64,000 nt of DNA from Felis catus (lineage: Eukaryota), in contig NC_058368.1 in NCBI RefSeq assembly GCF_018350175.1, positions 59,894,001 to 59,958,000 on the forward strand. The letters run 5' to 3'. Numbering within the stretch: position 1 is the first letter of the stretch; every line of letters begins with the position of its first letter. The notes beneath the pieces were generated by a model, which saw nothing but the letters and a program-made list of their open reading frames with translations, did not search any database and was not told the DNA's origin. Below, piece by piece: positions 39,853-50,744 of this stretch. The translations under genes were made by a program, and so were the position numbers.

Positions 39853-40373
39853 GGAGAGGGAGAGAAGGAGGAGAGGGGCAGAGAGAGAGGGAGAGAGAGA
39901 ATCCCAAGCAGACTCAGTGCGAGCCCAAACTGTGAGATCATGACTTGAGCCAAAATCAAGAATTGGATGCTTAACTGACTGACCCACCCAGGTGCCCCAA
40001 ATTGCTGACCTTTTTAAAAAATACAATTGGTCCTGATTCACATGCATTGCCCTTGTTGCTCAATGACACTCCTGTCATCAATATCTGTATGACTTATTCC
40101 TTTGGTTCTTTTATGTCTGTGGTTAAATGCTACCTTCTTTGAGATAATTTTTGCAACCAGCCCATCAAAATATAGATGTCTTCTGATCTTTCTTTATCTT
40201 CCTTTTATTTTTCTCTTCATATTTATAAACATATTGATTTGTTAGAGCTCCCTGCCATCCGTCTAAAGTGTCAGATCTTTGATAACAAGATCTATGTCTT
40301 CTCACAGGGAAGGTATCTCAACATGGGTCTATCAAAGTCTGTTTAAAGAGTATTATCAAATGAATGAATGAAT
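39360..40373 (+). mobile_element. LINE-2 3' portion interrupted by a SINE
   Basis: L2-like body ending in the diagnostic tgaatgaatgaat tail at about 40361-40373. Confidence 0.7.
39797..39998 (-). mobile_element. CanSINE with internal deletion and expanded (GA)n
   Basis: Head ends cacccaggtgcccc; TSD aattactgactttt / aattgctgaccttt. Confidence 0.92.
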
Positions 40374-40959
40374 CCTTGAGGAAGGAGATGGCGTTATTAT
40401 TTATTGGAATCCTTCAAACACTGGTAGCACCTAAATATTTCTTGAAAATACCCTATTTCCATCTTTCCTATTATCATAGACCAAGTTCATCCCCAGAACC
40501 TCTCAAATGTACTATCACAGTGGCATTCTAACTGGCTTTGCAGTTGTCATCTTTGGCTTGTGAAATCTGTCTTCACATTGAATGAATTGATAAACAGATG
40601 GATCAAGTAATCAAAGAATGTACCTGCAAAAGAATTCTGTCAAAATGTTATCCACTTATTAATTACATTCTTCCCATGTATTAAATATGGGTTAATATGT
40701 AAAATATCTTTTTGGGGGGGCGTGCTGGTTCTTCATGACCTAGCTACTTTGAAAGTTTCTAGTTTTTTTCATTTTATGGTATTTTGTACTCTTTTGTTAT
40801 GTGCTAACAAAATGTAATTGCTTGTTTCTATGTTGCTCATTTAGTTTGTCTTTGCTTCCATTCATCCTTCTGTTACAATTTTCCATTCATCCCTCAGGTC
40901 TCAGATCATAGTGTATCTAAGGAATCATTCTACTTTTCTCTTATTCTCAAAAGTCAAAA

Positions 40960-41021
40960 TTATATGTATTGATAATACATATAATACCGTTTATATGTAT
41001 TGAAAATACATATAATACCGT
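40960..41021. repeat. 31-bp tandem duplication, each unit containing an 11-bp-arm inverted repeat
   Basis: ttatatgtatt-gat-aatacatataa-taccgt then ttatatgtatt-gaa-aatacatataa-taccgt. Confidence 0.92.
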
Positions 41022-43351
41022 TTTCTAGGCACTGAGTTGGCTATTTTCCTAATAAATAATGCTGAAAAAAGTATTGATGTTTTATTAAAAAATGGAGGCA
41101 CAGAGAAGCAAGGTCATAAAGTTACAGAGTGTGAGGCGTCTGTCAAACTCAAGTGTGCTTGATTCCAAAATTACTCTGATTTTTCAACACACAGCATGAC
41201 TCTATGAAATATGCTCTATATTGTAGCATTTACAAAACATAGTTTTAGTCTTTATTTTATTGAGCATTTACAGCACCAGAGAGTAGCTGGTGCTATACTG
41301 TAAAATGGACTTCAGTATCTCAGATATGTAAGTAAATATTTATATTAGCTCGTAAAATTCTTGTCATAAAGATGTAAAGATTGTCCTTAAGAAAAACACC
41401 ATGAATTCTTTAGTAAAGAACAGCAATAATAAAGAATCAGTATTCACAGGTATTAAAGTAAACACCTTAAAAATAAGAGAAAATTTAGTGATCTCTTTAT
41501 AAAATGTTAAAGACATTGTGGTTGTCATGAAAATATATTGTCACATTTGTTTTCAATCCAATCTGTGGCTCCATGGCAGTCATTGAACAAAGCTGGGGAA
41601 ATTCCCTTGGCAACAAAATGGCAAATAAAAATTTCATTTTAATATTGCTCAGAAGTAGCCAAAATTAGATTGCTAATTATAGAATCACTAATTAGAAATA
41701 CAGCATCTCTATACATAAACCCTGTTTTCTTTAAAGCAAAGCAATACACATTTTCATTTAGAGATAAACATTATGTAGAATATGATCCTATTCTATTTTC
41801 TAATTTCTCTAAAGCCACATAGAATTGTTAGGGGGAAAAAAGATTGGAAAATGTTATTTGGCTTAAACTATTTTGCTATTTAGTAGAGAAGCATCATGCT
41901 AGTTCTCTGTATATTGAAAAGTCCTCTCCCTTGGTGGAAATCATGTAAATCCCTGAAAAAAGTACATTTCAATTTTGGGGTTTTATAATTAGCTTTGCAT
42001 TATACACGCATTTTCAGTAATCAAATCCTAACTTGTGGTACAGAACATCAATTTGTTTAGAAAGCATTGTTTATAGTGAATACATCCCTTTAGACAATGC
42101 ATAACTTGAACAACATACGCAAACAGGCAAGAATGGCCTGCAGGGAAATTTAAAGCTTTATTGTTCTTAGAACCATGACATTATAATACCATGCTTTGTG
42201 CAGTACTGATTTATAATTTATGTTATCTCTGTCTCTCTTTCTTTTTAAGCTTTAATTGAGAGTGAACTCTTGGGATAACATTTAACTTATTTTAGATGTG
42301 TTTTAAAATGCTCAGCTGCAGCATTTATAAGGTATTTTGATAATAATTTTGCCTCTGGCTATATCAACTATTAATCCTACATCTATGTGTTTACTTTGAG
42401 AAACGCATATTCCATATGTAAAGCATTTATCTAAAATTGCAAAATAAATAACTAAAAATGAATACATACATCAGCAAAATCCCAAACTATCAGCCACAGG
42501 AAACTATTCCTTCAATGCTGTTTCAAAGAGACCATGTATTGGAAGACGATGAAAAAAATACTAGCTAAATTGAAATATAAAATATAGCTCTAGGAGGAGC
42601 TGTGTGTCTATAGGAGACGACAGACAGCTAGTTTCCTTTCATTATTACTTAATAAGGAAAAAATTAAAGAAATAAATCTCAAAATAGTTGGAAATAACTT
42701 GATATCTTCATTTTATTTTACTTGCAAAGGATATTTAAATTACCATTCTTATAGTTTAGGAAAACAAAGATTAGAGGAAAGGTATTAAAATATATAGGTT
42801 TTTACTGAAATTGCATTTTATTTTTATTGAGATTTATATTCAAATTATAATATAGTTTAGAGATTTATTTGATTTTTCACTAGTGTGAAGAAGACCCTGA
42901 AGTGAATTACCTGAGAATCTAAATCTTTTAATTTCTTGTTTTAATTTTTACTATATTAGCTACATTCAAAATTTTCTTTCCCAGCACACAAAATTGCATC
43001 AGATGAATGTGTGCTCTGATTTTTAGTCAAGCGATGCAAGCATAGTGACCAAAAGAATAGATTTATTAACATATTTTATACAGTTTATAACTAGCAGGCA
43101 TGATCATGCACCTCTGATATTCTATCATCAAGAAAAGACCTTATCTGGAATTGGTAATTAATTTAAATAAATGATGCCCCGATTTAGTGTGTGTGTCTGT
43201 GTGTGTGTTTGTAGGAAAAGGCTACAAAGTCATTTTTTTTTATACATTAAGGGTGTGCATTTGGCTTTTCAATATAAATTGTGCATGTGTTTTTCAAATG
43301 TACTGCAGTTTCAGCATCTTAAAAAATGAGTTTTTTTGTGTGTATGTTTAG

Positions 43352-43431
43352 TGCCAAACAGCTTTTATCAGTTTGTTTAAGGTCATGGCAATGTGAACCA
43401 TATTCTGCTCGCATCAAACAAATCCATAGTA
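43352..43431 (+). CDS. Candidate internal coding exon: (x)AKQLLSVCLRSWQCEPYSARIKQIHS; alternative donor after 43442 adds SKYW
   Basis: T-rich tract and AG at 43350-43351; donors GTAAGT at 43432 and GTGAGT at 43443; only the phase-2 frame is open, matching the phase-2 end of 6919-7077; lies in a repeat-poor stretch. Confidence 0.45.
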
Positions 43432-44196
43432 GTAAGTACTGGGTGAGTGCAGGCTTCTTCCTCTCATTCTGGAGAGATGTAACATCTTGCCCTTGATATT
43501 TAATAGATAAAAAATGATAGTAGCTCTGTTATTATAAAATATTTGGTCATGTATTTAATTTACAAGTATCAATTGTGCAACTACCAAGTTTTAGAAATCT
43601 TGGATTCATAGTTTAATTAGACACATTTTCTATCTCTCTAGTGCCCACATCTATTGACAGAACGCATACAATCAAATAATAACTGAGCCAACTCTTAACC
43701 AAAGTATTTCACTAATATCCATAGAAATCATAAAATACATGATTAATGTAAGATTTTAGAAATTTAAATATATTAATATGAGAGTTTGGCTTTTATTATT
43801 TACTCTCCTTCCTAATAAAAACATATGTAAATTTCTCCTGTTTTGGAGTGATCCTTATACAACTGGTCCAGTCCTGGGAGGGTCTGAAATTTACTAGAGG
43901 AACCTCTTCTAGTTTGCCTATGTCTACACAGAAATACATAATATATAAATTACAAATTTGAAGATTTGAAGGATTTAAAAACTCAACAATAAAAATACCA
44001 AAAAAGACATACACAAAAATTGATGGTCATTCTAAACCAGTTTATTCAAGAATAAGAAAATTTTTTAAAAAATATTATTTCTCGAGTACTCAAAATGTCC
44101 AGGAACTCTAGTAGCTACTTTATATATTCAGTTATCAAAACAGTCATAAAGAGGTAGTTTCCTGATTAAGAAATAATTAATATTTGTCCTAAATTG

Positions 44197-44640
44197 TAGT
44201 AGTTGTCCCTTATCCATGGAGGAAATATCCTAAGACCCCAGCAAGTGCCCAAAACTGTAGTAGTACAGTTTTATACAGTTTTTTTCTATGTTATATACCT
44301 ATGATAAAGCTTAATTTATAAATTAGGCACAGTAAGAATTAACAACAATAACTCCTAATAAAATAGAGCAATTATAATAATCTATAATGAAGGTTATGTT
44401 GAATGTGGTATGTCTCTCAAAATATCTTATAGTACTGTGGTCACTCTTATGATGATGATGATGATGTCTATGTGATGAGACAAAGTGAGGTGAATGACCT
44501 AGGGACTGTGACATTGAGTGAAGCTGTTATTGACCTTCTGACTATTCATGAGAAGGACGATCCTCTGCTTCCAGAATGCAGTTGACTATGGGTAACTGAC
44601 ACCTTGGAGAGTGAAACCATATTTAAGGAGGGAGTACTTT
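44197..44640 (-). mobile_element. MER44/Tigger7-type TcMar DNA transposon
   Basis: Decayed terminal inverted repeats agtagttgtcccttatcc ... taaggagggagtact; internal cctatgataaagcttaatttataaattaggcacagtaaga and gttgactatgggtaactga motifs. Confidence 0.85.
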
Positions 44641-44682
44641 ATAAGAAGGTGTAAAAGGGTGACAGGATGTTCCGAGTACATG

Positions 44683-44810
44683 TGTGGTAGGCAGAAAAAT
44701 GTCTCCTCAAATATGTCCATGTTTTAATCCCTGGAGCCTCTGAATGTATTATGTTGCATGGCAAATTTTTGCAGCCATGATTAAGTTAAGGATCTTAGAT
44801 GGAGAGATTT
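44683..44810 (+). mobile_element. MLT1C/D-type LTR 5' fragment
   Basis: tgtggtaggcagaaaaatg...atgtccatgttttaatccctggagcc...gattaagttaaggatct. Confidence 0.75.
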
Positions 44811-44895
44811 CATTTTCTTAAATCTCCTTGAATCTCATAATAAGGTTTTGAAGTGTTATCATTCTACCAATGACCAAAGATTTAAGCACAAATCG

Positions 44896-45288
44896 TATAT
44901 TAGTTTGCTAGGGCTGCTATGATAAAACTGTGAACCAAGTAGCTTAGACTATAAAAATTAAATTTTTAAACTTCTGGAGGTTATAATTCCAAGTTAAGCA
45001 TGCCAGGAGACTTGTTTTCTTCAAATAACTCTGTTCTTGGCTTGAAGATGGCCTCTTCCCATGATGGTGCGTACCTCTGTCTACATACACCCCTAGTGTC
45101 TCCCTGTGTCTTAATCTGCTTTTCTTACAAGGACAGCAGTCAGATTTGATTAGAGCCCATGCTAATGGTGTCATTCTAACAATTACCTCTTTAAAACCCT
45201 ATCTCTAACTACGGTCAACACTCTGAGGTAGTGGGAGTTAGGATTTCAAAATATTAATTTTGGGGAGGACACAGTTCAGATCCTAACA
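44896..45288 (-). mobile_element. MLT1B-type solo LTR
   Basis: tattagtttgctagggctgctat...ttcttacaaggacagcagtcagatttgattagagccca...ttttggggaggacacagttca. Confidence 0.88.
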
Positions 45289-45318
45289 AATAGTCATAGA
45301 ACTCTCCACTATGGCTGC

Positions 45319-45652
45319 TGTGGTAGACACTATTAATATTTTCCTTAAATTGCTAACATAATAGGTGAAGAGACTTCAACATCCATTGAAGTCAGTAGTA
45401 GCTCTATGACTCGCCCTGATCAAAGAGATGGGAGAGAAAGTGACACAGGAAGTATTCAAGTATCAGCACCTGGTTCCTTGTGCTCTATTCCTCCTGCAGC
45501 CTTAACCAGTGAGATTTCAGATGGTGGGAGCTTCTGTAACCATAGAAGCCAGGTGGAAAATAATTGTTTAAAAACTTCATGCATGCGCCACGGAGATAGG
45601 GCATTCTCACTTCTTTTTAAAGCACTAGTACATTTTCACTGTTTTTGTTGTT

Positions 45653-45690
<38 letters not shown>

Positions 45691-45738
45691 TTTGTTTTTG
45701 TTTTTCACTACAACATAGCCTAGTTCTGCTGAATAATA
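45319..45738 (+). mobile_element. Old MLT1-type LTR containing a poly(T) run (about 45654-45684)
   Basis: tgtggtag start, agatggtgggagcttc internal motif and acaacatagcctag...ctgaataata end. Confidence 0.45.
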
Positions 45739-46914
45739 GAGCTGGTATTGCTATTATGGCTTCTCTTGGATTAGTTATGCCCTCTTTCTCTGTGTCTAAT
45801 TATGCATTATATTCTATGAGTGTCATCATTTCCTTTATACTTCTCATGCCTTGGTTTACCTTTGCGCTTAATGTATTTTCTCTTTCATTATCTTCATCTA
45901 ATTAGAGCAAAACATCAGTGTTCTCCTTTCTGTCAATGTGAATTTTTATCTTTTGCTTGAACATCCAGTATTGATTAATATATTAATATAGCACCTCATG
46001 ACCACTCTGATCATTTTAGGATTTCAGTCATTATTAGTCCAGCAAATACCACTGAATTTGGATACTTTCTGGAATTTGATTAATTTTAATAACTTCTAAC
46101 ACATTGTGAGAACTTGATTTTATCTTTGTCAAAAACCTATTTTTAAAAAGGGAATATCTTTATGTTTGGGGTTTCATAAAAAGTAGACCAAACTACTGCC
46201 CTCTATAGGGAAAGATTGTATTTTTTGGAGAGAAAGTATCTCCAGGAAGCAAGAATACGTCTTGACACCGGACACTAGGAGAGTTAGATAAACAAGAGCA
46301 AAAAGAAAATTTGCTCTACCAGATATGCAGCCATATTTTAAAGACAGAGTAAGTAAAAGAGTACTGAACAAAGAAGTGAAAGTCTAGTAATTTACACGAG
46401 TTACCATATTTGTATTTCTGTTTGTGTGTGGGGAGGGAGGAAGGGACAGAGAGAGAAAGAGATGTGTTTGGGTGTGTTATTACACAAGTAGTTTCAAAAT
46501 AAGTAGTGCATATCATATTTTGTTATAAAAAGCAAGGCTTTCTAAACTGTCATTTCCAATCCCATAAGGATTTCTCTTATTAATCTATCCATTCTTTAAA
46601 AGTTAAAAATATGATATTTCAGCCTGCCTTGTATGTAAGAGAGGTCATTGGTCACAATGGTGGACATTGAGAAGAAATTTCTCCCTTCATTCTTCCTTCT
46701 TGCTATGTGGATCATGACTGTGAAACTTAGAGGATGAAGAGCCATCTGGAAATGATGCAATGTTAAGAACTAACCACTAATAATGGCAAAAGAGACACAA
46801 TGTGTTTGTGTGTACACAGTTTTTCCTGGAATGACTAAGAGAAAGAGTAAATAGTCGTTCCACCCCAAGAGTAGGAGGACTGAAAGGCTAGCAGAAAAGC
46901 GTAGCTTGGTTTCT

Positions 46915-47130
46915 GTTGTTATTGTTTTGTTTTGTTTTGTTTAAGTTTATTTATTTTGAGAGAGAGAGAGACCATGAGCAGAGGAGGGGCAGAGAGAGAG
47001 GATCCCAAGCAGGCTCCATACTGTCAGAGCAGAGCCCAATGAGGGCTGGAGGTCACACACCATGACATCTTTATCTGAGCTGCTGAAACCAAGGGTTGGA
47101 AGCTCAACCTGCTGAGCTGCTCAGGTGCTC
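46915..47130 (-). mobile_element. CanSINE (diverged)
   Basis: (TTTTG)n tail, GA tract and decayed head. Confidence 0.9.
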
Positions 47131-47319
47131 AAAGAATAGTTTGCTGTATATTGTACATTTGAACTGTTAGTTTTTATTAATATGTTCCTGCTTAAACATA
47201 CATAAAGTAAATTTAAGGTAATTAAAGTATGTATATAAAATTATTCATATTATACAACATATATAATGCATACACATATGTATATAATTTACTATAAATT
47301 ATCTTTTTTAATAAGTTGA

Positions 47320-47530
47320 TTTTTTTACTTATTTTTAAATTTTTTAAGGTTTGTTCATTTTTGAGAGACAGAGAGAGACAGCAAACGGGCAGCAGGGGAC
47401 AGAGAGAGAGGGAGACACAGAATCCGAAGCAGGCTCTAGACTCTGAGATGTCAGCTCAAACCCACAAATCACGAGATCATGACCCGAGCCCAAGTTGGAC
47501 ACTCAACCAACTAGCCCACTTAGGTGCCCC
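47320..47530 (-). mobile_element. CanSINE with internal deletion
   Basis: Reverse CanSINE ending taggtgcccc. Confidence 0.92.
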
Positions 47531-47642
47531 TATAACATTTTCAAAAATACTCATATAACATTTTTTATCAGAATAAAATAAATCTATTAATTAACATAAA
47601 ATATTTAAAACAAAATATTTCACCTTGACATTGAAATCATTA

Positions 47643-47868
47643 TTTTTTTAATTTTTAATTTTTTAATTTTTTTAAATTTTATTTTTGAGAGAGAGAGAGA
47701 GCATGAGCAGGGTAGAGGCAGAGAGAGGGGGAGACACAGACTCTGAAGCAGGCTCCAGGCTCTGAACTGTCAGCGCTGAGCCCAACACAGGGCTTGAACC
47801 CACGAACCATGAGATCATGACTTGAGCTGGAGTCGGACACTTAACCGACTCTGTCACCCAGGCTCCCC
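47643..47868 (-). mobile_element. CanSINE
   Basis: TSD tgaaatcattattttttt / tgaaatcatgattttttt. Confidence 0.96.
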
Positions 47869-47899
47869 TGAAATCATGATTTTTTTTTTAAATTTTAAA

Positions 47900-49650
47900 A
47901 TAAGTACCTCTTGGGCCAAAAAATATAGAAAATAATTTTGAGAAAAAATCTAGAATATAATTAAAAGTTAAGAAACATAATATATCTAAATATTTGATAT
48001 GGCTGAGGCAGTTTTAAGAGGAAAATTCATAGTATTCAGACACCTACATAATAAACATAATACGTCAATAAAATATTCAAATACAAGGCTAGAAAACTGC
48101 CAATGAAATTAATTAGAAAATAGCAGAAGGAAATAATTTGAGAATAAGAAAGTAGTAAATAATGAGTTTGAAAACAGAGATAAATTAGAAACGATAAGAA
48201 AATGTAACATTATTTGCTTGTCTAAAATAATCAACAATAGAAACAAACCATTCATTAATCCAGAAAAGAAGAGGAAGATTCTAGCTATGTGTATATTATC
48301 ACAGAGCTCCATACCCCACTTTCATATATTCTGTTCTGTAGCCTGTGATTAGAATCCAGAAACTACCTATCCAGGACTACTTGCCACTTGGTTTCTTATT
48401 AGATTGAGACTAGAGTTCAGAGGATAATTGGAAGAGAAATTTTCTGATTCCAGTCCCAGAAACGTGTCTGTTGGCAGTTTTGCTATCGTAATGTTAGGAT
48501 TCTAGACCTACTTAAGCCAACATCTCTCTAGAAGGTCAAGAACCAACCAAATGTGAGAAAGTCTAAGAAAATAAAGTCTAAATACCAAGCTTACATATGA
48601 TTATTGGTTCAATATTATGAATTGCAAACACAAGCAAACACTATAATAAAATAATGTAAATTTTACTGCAAATATCAACTAGTTGGATGATAAAAAAATA
48701 AACAGAAACCTCATTATAAATAGTAACAAGATAAAATGTCTATGGGAAAATAACCAAAATATGCTAAACTTAATGACATACAATCTTCCTACATAGAGAA
48801 GACTCATTAAAAAGAAAAGTTTTTGCTAAGCAAAGTTATGCATTTGATAAGTAATAAAAAACCAAGAGAATTTTGTATCTAATGCTAGAAAAGTTAGTTT
48901 TAACTTTTTATAGAAAAATATAGAAGGTCAAAACAACAAGGCAAACCCTTATAAAGAGGAGCAAAAATGAAGATGAAGCAGAATAGAGTTAGCTCAAACA
49001 AAAATAAAAATAAAGTATAAATATTTTACAAGTAAAGCCATATGATATTGACACAGAAAAGATTGCCAGAAAAACACAACAGTCTACATCCAGAAATAGA
49101 CTAACTAGTCAGTATATGATAAAAGTGCTATTCAAATTACTATAAAAACATTATATTTTCAGGGGCGCCTGGGTGGCTCAGTCAGTTAAGCGGCCGACTT
49201 CGGCTCAGGTCATGATCTCACGGTCCGTGAGTTCGAGCCCTGCGTCGGGCTCTGTGCTGACAGCTCAGAGCCTAGAGCCTGTTTTGGATTCTGTGTCTCC
49301 CTCTCTCTGACCCTCCCCCATTCATGCTCTGTCTCTCTCTGTCTCAAAAATAAATAAACGTTAAAAAAAATTTTTTAAAAGAAAAGAAAAACATTATATT
49401 TTTAATTAAGAGTTTTGAGACAATATGTAGTAGTCACTTAGAAAACCTAATATTTGGGACCTACTGCATAAAATACAACATAAAAACATTCTAACATTTT
49501 GGATATCCAAAGATAAAAATGAAAAACAATATCAAAATAAACATAATCTAGGAGAGATGAGTAACTTCATTTCTATAGTAGATATGGAGAATGTTTTCTA
49601 ACTAAGATTCAAAACCCAGTAACAATGCAATAAATTATTGATAAATGCAA
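47900..49650 (+). mobile_element. Ancient L1M ORF2 fragments
   Basis: gcagttttaagaggaaaattcatag (AVLRGKFI) and later ORF2-like motifs (ccagaaatagac...tatatgataaaagtgctatt). Confidence 0.6.
49162..49386 (+). mobile_element. SINEC_Fc-type, fairly young
   Basis: CpG-rich; TSD aaaaacattatatttt at 49144-49159 and 49387-49402. Confidence 0.98.
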
Positions 49651-50368
49651 CTTAGAGGTATTTAATTGTTATGTATACACGCACACCATATTTTATGCAT
49701 ATATGTATTTTTGCATATTTGTAGCATAATGTATATACATTTATCTATTGATATTCATCTATCCATCCATCAATAATCTTAAGTTAATTTTAAATTAGTT
49801 GTAAACAAAATGACCTGTATCTATCCTGCCTTCACCTAATCACCTTTTCCTTTTTTATATGTAAAATTTCAAATGAGTTTCAGTACAAAATCTTATACAA
49901 ATATCTTGGATAAAATCTATGGAATATGTTGGAAAACTCATAAATTAACTTCCTTGAGCCCTGGTCATTTGTTCTTCATTTATAAATTTGGAAAAATAGT
50001 AATCATATATATCTTGTGATATTTGGAGAGAATAAGCATCATTTTGTCCCTTGTTTCTCTGGGAAACATAGTCTTCTCCCTGGACCTGCTACTATTATCA
50101 CTCATCTCCAGAGTGTTTGAAGGAGTTTCCTTTAGGTCCAGGCGATGCTTCAGCAAGCATTTTGAAAGTGAATTGAGTAAGAGAAGTGCATCTTTCTTTG
50201 ATTGTCTGTATCTAAGTTGTAAGCTTAGAACCTATCTGTGGACATATTTCCTGCTATTCAGACATAAGAAATGTGTAAAACTAGAATTCAGAAGGAAAAA
50301 AAAAGATAGAAATGAAGTAGAACAGAGAGTGAGAGACAATTGTTGATTCACAAACTGTTCCTTAAATG

Positions 50369-50744
50369 TGTAGGGGAAGGAGAGACTGAAGAAAAAGGCA
50401 GCCACTCCAGACTGGTAGGTAGGTGGCCAATTTAACAACAAGGGAACTTACTTAGGAAGCTTGTCTTCCTCAGTGGCAAGATTAGTAGATCTCTGAACCA
50501 TCTGGCGAATCTCAAAAGTTTACATGGAGGTCTTATTTCGGTTCAGCCACTTATGACATCCAGATGTCTCAACAGCACATTGTTCTCTTGAGGTTTCATC
50601 CTTGAAATAGTTCCTGTTGTAGGAAACTGCACAGAACATAGATTCTAAGGATGGAGAATGGGTGAGGGGCCTCCTATTGCCCAAATCCAGTGGGCAAATC
50701 TCAAGTCAAATTATGGTCATTGTTCTTGGGGGCCCTCTCCAACA
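50369..50744 (-). mobile_element. Probable solo LTR (family not determined)
   Basis: TG...CA termini, about 375 bp, GC-richer than the flanks, decayed reverse poly(A)-signal region (tttaacaacaagggaacttac). Confidence 0.5.

Noticed and set aside
42250..42331. Strong polypyrimidine acceptor with an AAG|GTATTT donor
   Set aside because: Stops in all three frames; probably a pseudo-exon
44323..44514. His-rich ORF (HRHHHHHH)
   Set aside because: A short (GAT)n run inside the MER44 element
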